In this document: in pieces, positions 27,497 to 36,385 of the stretch
How positions within the stretch are numbered: the first letter of the stretch is position 1
How the letters are laid out: each line of letters begins with the position of its first letter
From: an uncultured Christensenella sp.
GTDB taxonomy: Bacteria; Bacillota; Clostridia; Christensenellales; CAG-138
DNA: 49,096 bases
Assembly (NCBI GenBank): GCA_964509485.1
Contig: CAZDXW010000001.1
Span: forward strand, 1-49,096
Reading direction: 5' to 3'
Notes under the pieces: generated by a model
What the model was told of the DNA's origin: nothing
What the model saw: only the letters and a program-made list of their open reading frames with translations
Databases searched by the model: none
Translations under genes and position numbers: made by a program

Positions 27497-28582
27497 TTAC
27501 TTCAGATCGTCTGCGGTATAATACCCGGAATCAATGAGCACTGCTTCGTAGGTGGCTTTGTCGACTACCTGCGCGTTGATCGCCATTGCGGAAACCTTTT
27601 TGACGCCGTTGTCATAGGCTTCCGGCTTGTTAACGACAACTTCCGCACCGCTGAGCGCCTGCGAAACGAGGTCGACTGCTACTTTTGCAAGTGCGCGAGT
27701 ATCGACAAACACGGACGATGTTTGCTCACCGGCGATGATGGACTTGATCGAGGGAACTTCGCAGTCCTGTCCGGTAATAATGGGGAACGGCAAATCCGCG
27801 GTCTTGCCATACCCAACCGCCTTCAGAGAAGCAAGAATACCAATCGAAAGGCCGTCGTAGGGAGATAGCACGGCGTCCACCTTGCTGCCGTCCGAGTAGT
27901 TCGCGGAGAGCAAGTTATCCATGCGCGCCTGCGCAATCTGGCCATCCCAGTTCTGGGTCGCTATCTGGTTGAGGTCCATCTGGCCGCTCTTTACAACAAG
28001 CATGCCGGAATCGATATAGGGCTGAAGCTCCATCATTGCGCCTTCGAAATACAGCGGAGCGTTATTATCGTCCAAGCTGCCTGCAAAGAGTTCGATGTTG
28101 AACGGACCTTTGCCATCCTTGAGACCCAGCTTGTTGACAATGTCGCCGCCTTGCAGCTGTCCGATTGCAATGCTGTCGAACGTGGCATAATAGTCGACGT
28201 CCGTCGTATTCATCAGCAGTCGGTCATATGCGACGATGACAGCCCCCTGCTCTTTGGCTTTTGCGCAGACATCCGTAAGCGTTGCGCCATCAATCGCCGC
28301 GATCACGAGCGCGTCTACGCCCTTCATGAGCATGTTCTCGATCTGGGAAACCTGCGCGTCGACAACATCCTCCGCAAACTGGAGATCGACTTCATAGCCA
28401 AGTGCTTCCAGTCCTGCTTTGATGCCTTCGCCATCGCGAATCCAACGCTCGGAGGACTTGGTGGGCATGGAAACACCAACGCGACCCTTGGTTTCTGTCG
28501 CTGCCGTTGGTTGTTTTGCTGTGCAAGCAATGGACGATAACACCAGGGCAACACACAGCAGCACAATGAATACTTTTTTCAT
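27497..28582 (-). CDS. Monosaccharide ABC transporter substrate-binding lipoprotein (ChvE/XylF-like, PBP type I)
   Basis: Lipobox LSSIAC. '[17 protein letters not shown]...[11 protein letters not shown]...IVAYDRL' is typical of ChvE-type multiple-sugar binding proteins. Confidence 0.88.
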   Translation of the reverse strand: MKKVFIVLLCVALVLSSIACTAKQPTAATETKGRVGVSMPTKSSERWIRDGEGIKAGLEALGYEVDLQFAEDVVDAQVSQIENMLMKGVDALVIAAIDGATLTDVCAKAKEQGAVIVAYDRLLMNTTDVDYYATFDSIAIGQLQGGDIVNKLGLKDGKGPFNIELFAGSLDDNNAPLYFEGAMMELQPYIDSGMLVVKSGQMDLNQIATQNWDGQIAQARMDNLLSANYSDGSKVDAVLSPYDGLSIGILASLKAVGYGKTADLPFPIITGQDCEVPSIKSIIAGEQTSSVFVDTRALAKVAVDLVSQALSGAEVVVNKPEAYDNGVKKVSAMAINAQVVDKATYEAVLIDSGYYTADDLK

Positions 28583-28842
28583 TTTCTTTCTCCTTTTATT
28601 TTATGTATCAGGGCATCCGTTTCGGATGCCAACGTGATCGCCTTGTCTTACGGGGTTGTTTGATTTCGCTTTTCCGTTCTTCGTTGTCTTGCTGATTGTC
28701 TTACTATTGAATGTTGTTATATTTAATATTACTTATTAAACTTTCTTTATTATTAGGGGTAAAAAAGAGGCCTCTTGACTGTTAGGGATTTTTTAATTTT
28801 CGATCGTTTGTGTGATTAACGTATAAACGCCATATAGATGAT

Positions 28843-30030
28843 TTATGTTTTGGTAGGTTTATTCATGCCCAACGAAGAATAGTCACTGTGTAAATTTCGC
28901 AATGCGTATGCGACCGCGCCTAGCAGGTTCGCCTTCTCATCCAGAGACGGCGGGACAAGCAACGGCACATAGGGTACGTGAGCTGCGAGGAAGTCCTGAA
29001 AATAGTCGTGATACTTGATGGCAAGGTGCTTTCCAATGCCGCCACCGAGAATGATAATTTCCGGATTGATAACAGACACCAGATTGACGAGCAGCAATCC
29101 GATGTTCTTTTTAATTTCGTTCACCAGTTCCGTGCCTTGAACGCTCTGCTGCTCCTCGCGAGAGAGAAACTCCTTCACATCCGAATACGGCAGGTTGTTT
29201 TGCTTTCCGATTCTCCGCTCAAGTTCCAAGCCGGAAATGAGCTTCTCCATCACGCCTTCTTCATCAAACGTCGACCGTTGGTAGTCGATGCCCGGAAGCA
29301 TATATCCGACTTCACCGGCAGCGCCATTGAAGCCCGTATAGAGCTCTCCTCTGAGTATGATCGCGCAACCGATTCCAACTGCATAGCTGATGTATATAAT
29401 GTTCTGGTATTCCCGCCCTGCGCCTTTCCATTTCTCTCCAATTGCGCCAAAGTCCACGCTGTTGCCGCAAATGGTCGGAATACCGTATTTATCGCGCATG
29501 TACTGATCGAGGCGGATGTTCTCAAATGGAACCATGAACGGGGCTAAGCGGTGCCTGCCTTCCTTCTCGTCTACAATACCCGGAATGCCGATGCTGATGA
29601 TGAGAAGTTCTTCCTTTCGAATCCCCGCACCTTTCAGCACTCTCACAAACTCGATATCAATTTGATCCAAAATTCCTTGTACGGTCTGCTGCGTGCCTTT
29701 TTCACTGGTTGTTGAAAAGAGAATTCCCCCTGAAAGATCGCAGATCATCATGCGGATATAAGCGCGTCCTACGTCTACTCCAAGAACATAACCAATATTG
29801 GAATTGAACTCCAGCAACGTAGCTTTTCTGCCAATGCTGTTGTCACTAATGCCTGTTTCGATGATCATATTAGAATCGATCAAATCTCGAACGTTGGTGG
29901 AAACCGTCGGAAAACTCAAACCCAAAACACGCTTGATATCTGCGCGGGATTTCGGCCCGTTTTTTCGCAAATAGTCAAGAATGAGCGTCTTGTTCATTTC
30001 GCCCAAAAGTTCTGGTTTGCCTGTTTTCAT
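28843..30030 (-). CDS. ROK-family transcriptional regulator (XylR-like)
   Basis: N-terminal winged HTH (ILDYLRKNGPKSRADIKRVLGLSFPTVSTNV) followed by a ROK sugar-kinase-like domain. Confidence 0.85.
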   Translation of the reverse strand: MKTGKPELLGEMNKTLILDYLRKNGPKSRADIKRVLGLSFPTVSTNVRDLIDSNMIIETGISDNSIGRKATLLEFNSNIGYVLGVDVGRAYIRMMICDLSGGILFSTTSEKGTQQTVQGILDQIDIEFVRVLKGAGIRKEELLIISIGIPGIVDEKEGRHRLAPFMVPFENIRLDQYMRDKYGIPTICGNSVDFGAIGEKWKGAGREYQNIIYISYAVGIGCAIILRGELYTGFNGAAGEVGYMLPGIDYQRSTFDEEGVMEKLISGLELERRIGKQNNLPYSDVKEFLSREEQQSVQGTELVNEIKKNIGLLLVNLVSVINPEIIILGGGIGKHLAIKYHDYFQDFLAAHVPYVPLLVPPSLDEKANLLGAVAYALRNLHSDYSSLGMNKPTKT

Positions 30031-30319
30031 ACGTCCCTTTCATTAGTAAAGTTTCCTTTATAATTAAATTAGCAGCAATCTCTCACGGTGTCAATAGTTT
30101 TTTCCGTCGTTTCGCGGCTAATTTTCTTGCAGCGAACCAACCATGTAGTTATAATCCAACCCAACAAAAGAGCTGGTCCTGTTTTCGGGGGCCAGATCGC
30201 CCGCCAATAGATTCGGTTGTTTAAATGCCAGTTCGATCGCCAAGTGTGTTCAATGAGCTGCTCAAATTCAACTCTTCAAAGATACTGTTTGCTGTTTCAT
30301 GCTCACGCTTTGCTTGAGA

Positions 30320-30511
30320 TCATAAGCTCCGTTCAGTTTTTCTATCCTCCACAATCGGTCGACAATACTCTTCTTTCCATCGATAGTAGGTTGCTTTGCC
30401 GATTTCCGCCGCTTTGCAGGCTTCGTCAATCGTCATCCCCTGGTTGTATTTGAGCATCACCAAAGCGAGTTTTTCCAGAATCTGCTCGCGTGTGTAGCTT
30501 TTACGCGCCAT
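30320..30511 (-). CDS. Small HTH protein, IS3 OrfA-like (63 aa)
   Basis: 'MTIDEACKAAEIGKATYYRWKEEY' resembles the HTH of IS3-family OrfA (Transposase_8-like). No OrfB/DDE domain follows. Confidence 0.5.
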   Translation of the reverse strand: MARKSYTREQILEKLALVMLKYNQGMTIDEACKAAEIGKATYYRWKEEYCRPIVEDRKTERSL

Positions 30512-30599
30512 CTCTCTTCTCCTGCCAACATCATAATTGGTTCATTGCGCCGACTTTCGCAGGTACATGTACCCGTCCGTTCCGCGGAAAGCGGCGTTG

Positions 30600-30827
30600 T
30601 TACGATCCGACGTGCCGCTCCTGCTGGGATTCGAGCTGAACTCCCGCACGCCGCCACTTGTAGTAGGTATGCACGGAAATGCCCGCCGCCTTGCAGCACT
30701 TATTCAGCGGCAATCCGCTCTTGTATAGGGCCTCGATGTGCAGCAGCTTTACCATTGCCCATTCGTACTCTCCGCTGTTTGGCGTCATAACATTCCCCTT
30801 TTTCTCGATCATTTGATCAAATCTCAT
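30600..30827 (-). CDS. Small HTH protein, paralogue of the previous one (75 aa)
   Basis: 'LPLNKCCKAAGISVHTYYKWRRAG'. Its ATG (30827-30825) overlaps the TGA of the NlpC/P60 gene as an ATGA. Confidence 0.5.
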   Translation of the reverse strand: MRFDQMIEKKGNVMTPNSGEYEWAMVKLLHIEALYKSGLPLNKCCKAAGISVHTYYKWRRAGVQLESQQERHVGS

Positions 30828-32812
30828 TCTTCAAACAGTACCGGTCTGCGAATATACCGAAATCCCGTGCTCCATGCCTCCGTTACGACGACCCCGTTCT
30901 TTCGCGACGAGCAGTGCGCAACAAGATAGCTGCCGTCGTCGTCCACCGAGACAATGATTCCAACGTGGTTAAACTGCTTTTCCCCCGGTACCGAGTAGAA
31001 GGCCAGATCGCCCGGTTTTCCCTCGTCCCAGCCGATCGCCGTGGAATGCGACCACTGGCTCGACGACCCGTTGCCAATCGCTTCCAGTACGCTCGTGTCT
31101 CCGGTCGCGTTGACGAACGTCCAACTGACGAACCCGCTGCAGTCCAGCCCGCCGGTGCGTTCCACGACGACGGATTCCCCGTCCTGTTCCGTGCGAACCG
31201 AGCAGGGCAGCCCCCATTGCTCGTTCCAGCCAAGCTTGTTGTACTTCCCCCCCCAGAGGTAGGTCACCTTGCCGACCAGCGAAAACGCGGTTTCGACCAC
31301 ATCCTTGCGCCGGACATCAAGATCGGCGGGAAGCGCGGCGCGGATCTGCTCGAGATCGGCATCCGTCGCGTCGAGAAACGCGGCGTTCCCGGTCAGCGAC
31401 GCGAACGTACGCTGAAACTCCGGCTGCATCAGCTCATATAGAAAGCTTTCGCGCTTGGCGTCCATGTCGTACTCGCCGGCCATCTCGTCGTACGATTTCG
31501 AATCCAGCATGACATTCGTCACGCCGTCCATGCGGATCACGCTGACCGGGTTCATGCGCCAGAACACCTCGTCCAACCCGTCCAGCGAAATCGATCGCAG
31601 CTGCATCAGGTCCAGCGGATGATCCACGTCCAGACTGCTTTCGGCGATAAACGTCGCCAGCACGTCGGACCAGTTCTTCACCGCCGCTTCCTGCACCGGC
31701 GAGAATTCCGCCGGTGCGACGCTCTCCGCGTCCGTGTCGTTCTCCGTGGCCGACTGCGCCATGATCCGTACGCCTGTTTCGCCCGCGGTCATCGACTGAA
31801 CTTTCTCGGCATACTGCTGCGTCAAATCCGCAATCTTCGCCGTCAGCGCGTCGCAGATTTCGTTGCGATACGCCAACAACACCTCATATCGTTCCGCACT
31901 GCTGCCCGTTGGTTCCGCAACGGTTCCATCCACATCCTCGTCGCTCTCGCCGGTAACGTGAACCACCCGCGTCACGGTGATCAGTTCGCCATCCTGCATC
32001 GCGCCATAGGTCACGCGGTAGTCCCCCGCGAGATCCGCACAAAAACCCCCGTCGTCCACCACCCAAACCGCTATCGGTTCGCCGGATTCCGTCTGCGCGC
32101 TCACGCCTTCCAGCAGCACAAAGGACGTGTCTCCGGCGGGAATCGACGTGTCCGCCGCCGTAATCGTGACCTTGCCGGTCGCGCTCGTCGGCACCGGAAC
32201 CGGCGTCGGCGTCGGCTCCGTTTCGTCCGGTGCCGCCTCGCCTTTCGCCAGCACAATCGTCCTGCCTGCATCCTCCGAAAGGTTCGCTACGCTTGCGCCG
32301 CCGCTCTCGCGATAACCGTCCTTCTCGGCGTTCGCGCGGTAATCATGCCCAGTCGGCAGCAGCCAGAAGACACTCCCCTCCGCTCCCGTCACTTCGGAGT
32401 AGAGAAACTCGCCATCCATATAAAGCTTCACGCGCGCGCCGGAAAGCGCATTCCCGTCCGCATCCTGAACCAGAATGGTCAGTCGAGCGTCCGCCGGAAT
32501 GGGCGTTGCCTCCGGGTCTTCCGCTGCATCCGTGCCGTCGGGCGTTACCGAAGGTTCCGCCGACTGCGTCGCTTCGGGTGTCGGCGTACTCTCCGCCGGA
32601 GGCTCGCTTTGTTCGGATTCCTCCACCACCGCACTCTCTTCCGGCACGGCAGTTGCTTCCGGTTCGCACACCGCGTCGGTATACAGTTCATCCTCCAGCG
32701 TGTAATCCAGCGCGTGAACCGCCGGTTCGGCACAGGCGGACAAGGCAAGAAGCAGCATGCCCGTCATCAGCAGCAACGCCAGTTTTCCGAATTGTCCTCG
32801 ATTTCGTTTCAT
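30824..32812 (-). CDS. Secreted lipoprotein with Ig-like modules and a C-terminal NlpC/P60 peptidoglycan endopeptidase domain
   Basis: Start at ATG 32812 (AGGAGG RBS) and lipobox LLALSAC. A carboxypeptidase-regulatory-like segment (RLTILVQDADGNALSGARVKLY) and an Ig-like segment (GDYRVTYGA...VTRVVHV) are present. The catalytic Cys lies in GGLDCSGFVSW and the His in FNHVGI. Confidence 0.8.
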   Translation of the reverse strand: MKRNRGQFGKLALLLMTGMLLLALSACAEPAVHALDYTLEDELYTDAVCEPEATAVPEESAVVEESEQSEPPAESTPTPEATQSAEPSVTPDGTDAAEDPEATPIPADARLTILVQDADGNALSGARVKLYMDGEFLYSEVTGAEGSVFWLLPTGHDYRANAEKDGYRESGGASVANLSEDAGRTIVLAKGEAAPDETEPTPTPVPVPTSATGKVTITAADTSIPAGDTSFVLLEGVSAQTESGEPIAVWVVDDGGFCADLAGDYRVTYGAMQDGELITVTRVVHVTGESDEDVDGTVAEPTGSSAERYEVLLAYRNEICDALTAKIADLTQQYAEKVQSMTAGETGVRIMAQSATENDTDAESVAPAEFSPVQEAAVKNWSDVLATFIAESSLDVDHPLDLMQLRSISLDGLDEVFWRMNPVSVIRMDGVTNVMLDSKSYDEMAGEYDMDAKRESFLYELMQPEFQRTFASLTGNAAFLDATDADLEQIRAALPADLDVRRKDVVETAFSLVGKVTYLWGGKYNKLGWNEQWGLPCSVRTEQDGESVVVERTGGLDCSGFVSWTFVNATGDTSVLEAIGNGSSSQWSHSTAIGWDEGKPGDLAFYSVPGEKQFNHVGIIVSVDDDGSYLVAHCSSRKNGVVVTEAWSTGFRYIRRPVLFEE

Positions 32813-32848
32813 GTCCGCTCCTCCTTTCCCACCTGTTCGGCTCATTCG

Positions 32849-33748
32849 TCAGCCCACCCCGCGAACGACCATTCGCACTTCGCCGCAGATTGCGCTCATT
32901 GGAATCTGCCCGATTCGGACGTCCCGGCTGTCGATCGACTTCGCGCGGTTGTCTCCCATCAGAAACACCATGTCGTCCTGCACGGTCACACTCTCCATGC
33001 CGCTGTTGTGCAAATCATCCGCCTGGATGTAAGGCTCGTCGGTCAGCACCAGATTTCGCACGACGGTGCCGTCCGCGTTGACCTGAATCACGTCGCCCGG
33101 CAGCCCGATTACCCGTTTGACCACCAGGCCGTATGCATCTCCCGTATCGAAGATCACGATATCGCCGTAGGTCACGTCTTGTACGCTCGTGTAGTAGAGC
33201 TTGTCGCCCTCCATGAGCGTCGGCTGCATTGAGGTTCCGGTGACCGCGTACTCCCGAACCACCAGCAGCGCGCCAATCACCGCGAGCAGCGCAAACGCTA
33301 CCACCGCAAGCAGCACAATCAGGGATCGCTTCGCGTGCGGGTTCGATTGCGCGCGCTCTATTTTCTGTGGACTTGCAGCTAAGCTCTGCGGCTTTGCCTC
33401 TGGTTTTCGTTTCGGCTGCGGCAATTGCGGCTGCTTCGTCTTCTTTTTCTTGTGTTGTTTCGCCGGTTTTACACCCGTTTTCGGTCTGTTCTGTCCGGAA
33501 CCCTGGCGCGCACGCTCAATCGGGAACCGCAGCGGTTCCTTCTGCTTCGGCTTCTCCGTTTGCTGCGGCTGCGTCGGAACAAGCGTCCACTGCGGACGTT
33601 CATACGAGAATTCCGGCATCGCCTCCGGCCGGCTGTTCGGGTTGCACTCGTTTTCGCTCCGTTGTCGGATATACGTGTTTGGAGAACGTTTGATTGTTTT
33701 TCGGACGGTCTTATAGGTCTGTGTATATCCGGAAATCCGATTTTCCAT
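32849..33748 (-). CDS. Signal peptidase I (S26), catalytically intact, with a long basic N-terminal extension
   Basis: Box B 'GTSMQPTL' (Ser), box D 'VVKRVIGLPGD' (Lys) and box E 'GDNRAKSIDSR' are present. The single TM segment is LIVLLAVVAFALLAVIGALLVV. It is preceded by about 140 Lys/Pro/Gln-rich residues. Confidence 0.85.
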   Translation of the reverse strand: MENRISGYTQTYKTVRKTIKRSPNTYIRQRSENECNPNSRPEAMPEFSYERPQWTLVPTQPQQTEKPKQKEPLRFPIERARQGSGQNRPKTGVKPAKQHKKKKTKQPQLPQPKRKPEAKPQSLAASPQKIERAQSNPHAKRSLIVLLAVVAFALLAVIGALLVVREYAVTGTSMQPTLMEGDKLYYTSVQDVTYGDIVIFDTGDAYGLVVKRVIGLPGDVIQVNADGTVVRNLVLTDEPYIQADDLHNSGMESVTVQDDMVFLMGDNRAKSIDSRDVRIGQIPMSAICGEVRMVVRGVG

Positions 33749-33754
33749 GCTTCC

Positions 33755-34615
33755 TTACTTCCGTTTCGCCAGAATTACAAATCGTCCGTCGTTCGTGTGG
33801 TATGCGCAGGTGGACAGCGTAATCAGATCGTCCCCATAGCGGACCGCTATGCCTGTGTCGTACAGCGCCGCGCCCCGAATCCCGTCGAGAAAATCCTGAA
33901 AATCCGCCTCGTCCGTTGCGTTGAGAAACGTATAGCACCTTAGCGTCTTTGCCGCTCGAAGATCGGTTTCCATCGCGGCGAATATTTCGTAGTCGCCTTC
34001 GTCGTAGAGCGTGCTGAAATGAATGATCGGGTGTTCGCGCCAGAAGTCCTTGTCCTTGTACTTCACGATTGTTGCGAACATGCTTCCGTTCTTCATGTGG
34101 TGGCCGTAGAGCACGATGTTGTCGCTGCGCGGCCAAATCGTACAACCTTCCCCGACAAACGGAACTCCGCTCATGGATTTCTTCTTTGAAAACGCAAGAT
34201 GGATGTACCGTTCCGGCTCGTCCGGCGTGAACATCACGGGATAGTCGAGGTCGGTGTCGTCAATCTTGATCCACCCGCCCAAGTCGCTGTTTTGCGCGTA
34301 CAGCTCTGTAAACCGGCTTAAGATTTGCGCGTTCTTTGGTTCCTCTGCCGTTGGCTCCGGGCTGGCGGAGGAAGCGACTGTTTCACCAAGCGTTTCGGGC
34401 ACGGGCGTTGCCTGCGTAGCAGGTTCCGCATTCGACGTGGCCGCCAGCAGCGCGATCTCGCGAAACGCGTCTGCCTCCGCCGCCCGTTCGCGGTAGTCCG
34501 CCAGCAGCGCCGCGCCAGCGACCGAGATCAGCAGCAACCCCGTCATAGCGAGCAGCAGCCGGCGCAGGAACCGCTCCGCCTTGCTTTTGCACGTTTCGCG
34601 TCCGTTTCGTTCCAT
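33755..34615 (-). CDS. Class B sortase (second copy)
   Basis: N-terminal TM only. 'GWIKIDDTDLDYPVMF', 'VLYGHHMKNGSMF', 'TLSTC' and 'RFVILAKR' supply the His, Cys and Arg triad in SrtB-type context. There is no class C lid and no C-terminal TM. Confidence 0.82.
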   Translation of the reverse strand: MERNGRETCKSKAERFLRRLLLAMTGLLLISVAGAALLADYRERAAEADAFREIALLAATSNAEPATQATPVPETLGETVASSASPEPTAEEPKNAQILSRFTELYAQNSDLGGWIKIDDTDLDYPVMFTPDEPERYIHLAFSKKKSMSGVPFVGEGCTIWPRSDNIVLYGHHMKNGSMFATIVKYKDKDFWREHPIIHFSTLYDEGDYEIFAAMETDLRAAKTLRCYTFLNATDEADFQDFLDGIRGAALYDTGIAVRYGDDLITLSTCAYHTNDGRFVILAKRK

Positions 34616-34640
34616 GCAGCCCCCGTGTTTTTCTCAAGCG

Positions 34641-35636
34641 TTACTTCTTGTTCTTCTTCCCCGGCAGGAACGCCGCCACCAGGCAAATCAATCCCAGCGC
34701 GATGAGAATCCACCAAAGGTAGGCCTTCGATTCGTCCCCCGTCTTTGGTCCGTCCGGCTTGTCGTAGGCGTTCGTAAACACCAGCCCCGTCTGCGCTGCT
34801 CCCGATGCGTTGGTGATTGTCCGCGTTGCGGAGAGCTTCCCGTTCGTTTCCGTCACCACGACCGTCATGTGGTAGACCGTTGAATCATAGGTGTATCCGC
34901 TTGCCGAACCAACTTTTTCGTACACGGTATAGGTGTAGGTTCCTGCTTGCGTATACGTAATGTTCCCGAAATCTCCGCTTCCCGCGCCTGTGACGTTGAC
35001 CGTTTTGATCCCGCTCACGCTTCCTTCCGGCATGGGGTACGACGCATTGTCCGCCTTCATGTAAAACGTAAATACGCTGTTTGACGATGGCGTGTCGCCG
35101 CTGATTCGCTTCTCCACCGGAGGGTCGACGATCACATAGTCCGAGAGCACCGTGTTCGTAAACAGTGCCCGTTCCTGTTTCTCCGTCTGCCCGTGCTTCA
35201 CGAGATACATCACCGCCTGCAGCGTTCCGCCCGCCTGATCCTTCCAGGTTACCTGCACGGTCAGATCGTATACGGTTGTGTCGTATACGTAGTCTCCGCT
35301 GGTCCCGGCGACTTCGGAAATGGTGTAAAGGTAGTCGCCAACCGCCGTATACGTAATCGTTCCAAACGTCGTGTTTCCCGTTCCCGCAATCGTGGTTGTC
35401 TTCACCCCGTTGACGCTTCCGGCGGGCATTGGCGCGTTGTTGAGGGCGCTCAAACGAAACGTGAACGTCTCCGTCGTCGCCGGTATGCCGGAAACCACCT
35501 TGTAAACGGGTATGCTCAGCGTTGCCGGGGTGTCCGCCAGCGCGAGATTTCCCGCGGGAACCAACAGCGTTATCGTAAGCAGTAGCAAGCCCGCCATGAC
35601 TTTCTGTAGCAATCGAATTCGGTTTATAGATTTCAT
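34641..35636 (-). CDS. Pilin subunit with two FctA/Spy0128-like isopeptide domains and a GPKTG sorting signal (candidate basal or minor pilin)
   Basis: Start at ATG 35636, which overlaps the upstream sortase TGA. It has a signal peptide. The repeated motifs are 'PVYKVV...GDYLYTISE...YDTTVYDLTVQV...FTN' and 'VEKRISG...GTYTYTVYE...YDSTVYHMTVVV...FTNAY'. The C-terminus is 'GPKTGDES', a TM helix, then KKNKK. Confidence 0.8.
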   Translation of the reverse strand: MKSINRIRLLQKVMAGLLLLTITLLVPAGNLALADTPATLSIPVYKVVSGIPATTETFTFRLSALNNAPMPAGSVNGVKTTTIAGTGNTTFGTITYTAVGDYLYTISEVAGTSGDYVYDTTVYDLTVQVTWKDQAGGTLQAVMYLVKHGQTEKQERALFTNTVLSDYVIVDPPVEKRISGDTPSSNSVFTFYMKADNASYPMPEGSVSGIKTVNVTGAGSGDFGNITYTQAGTYTYTVYEKVGSASGYTYDSTVYHMTVVVTETNGKLSATRTITNASGAAQTGLVFTNAYDKPDGPKTGDESKAYLWWILIALGLICLVAAFLPGKKNKK

Positions 35637-36385
35637 CACGGTTCGCCTCCGGCTTGTTCTGTTTCGGTCATTCTTGCGACGAGAATCATTCTTCCGTTCG
35701 TCGTTCCTTCCGCGCAGGTGGACAAGGCGACGATCCGGTCCCGATCCGTCAGATCCGCCCCGCGGCGGAACGTTGCATCCTGCTGAATGTGCTTTGCCAG
35801 CGCATTCCAGCCGTCTGCCTCCAGCGGCAGATTGAAGAGCGGAGACGTGTACGCGTCCACTTCGAGAAACGCAATCATCTCCAGTTGATAGGTCTTGCCC
35901 GGCAGATACAGCCAGCCGGTTTGATGTTCGTCGAAATAGGTCTTGTCCGCAAATTTCTCCAAGTCGCCGAACATCATCCCGCCAGCCATGTGGTGCCCAT
36001 AGATCAGCGAATACTGATCCGAAAAGTCCTTGCTGCAGCGGTAGTCCAGAAAGATGCTGCCGCCGAGCGAATAGTCCCCGTAGATATCCTGGTTGAGATA
36101 CTTTGTGTTGTCGTCTGCCCGCAACACGGGGTAGTCGATGTTTGTGTCGTCCACCGTGAGCCACGCGCAGACCTCCGCGTTGATTGCCTGTAGCTCCGAA
36201 AGGGAGGGATTGGAAACGTCCGGTTTGAAGTGCATGACCTCGCTGGACACGCCCGCCTTGTTCAGAACCGAGTACGAGTCCCAGAGCGCGTACCCTGCAT
36301 AAAACAGGATGACGAGCAGCACCAGAATCAATGCCAGGTTCAGCAGCCTGTCCAGGCCGCGGATTAACCGGTCCGCCGTTTCCAA
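35636..36385 (-). CDS. Class B sortase (pilin polymerase candidate)
   Basis: N-terminal TM. Motifs 'AWLTVDDTNIDYPVLRADDNTKYL', 'LIYGHHMAGGMMF', 'ALSTC' and 'RMILVAR'. Confidence 0.82.
   Translation of the reverse strand: METADRLIRGLDRLLNLALILVLLVILFYAGYALWDSYSVLNKAGVSSEVMHFKPDVSNPSLSELQAINAEVCAWLTVDDTNIDYPVLRADDNTKYLNQDIYGDYSLGGSIFLDYRCSKDFSDQYSLIYGHHMAGGMMFGDLEKFADKTYFDEHQTGWLYLPGKTYQLEMIAFLEVDAYTSPLFNLPLEADGWNALAKHIQQDATFRRGADLTDRDRIVALSTCAEGTTNGRMILVARMTETEQAGGEP

Noticed and set aside
30031-30319. A possible OrfB/DDE transposase remnant downstream of the 63-aa HTH ORF.
   Set aside because: All three minus-strand frames translated by eye are interrupted by stops within 15-45 codons. None shows DDE/rve motifs, so no claim can be supported.
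31619-33232. A 537-aa plus-strand ORF antisense to the NlpC/P60 and signal-peptidase genes.
   Set aside because: The translation is extremely Arg/His-rich and low-complexity, as is typical of antisense frames in GC-rich coding DNA. The opposite strand encodes proteins with clear catalytic motifs.
33473-33484. A 'PKTG' tetrapeptide inside the N-terminal extension of the intact signal peptidase, identical to the sorting motif of the 331-aa pilin.
   Set aside because: It lies on the predicted cytoplasmic side of the TM helix, within a Lys/Pro-rich low-complexity tract where such a tetrapeptide is expected by chance. It is not followed by a hydrophobic or positively charged sorting tail.
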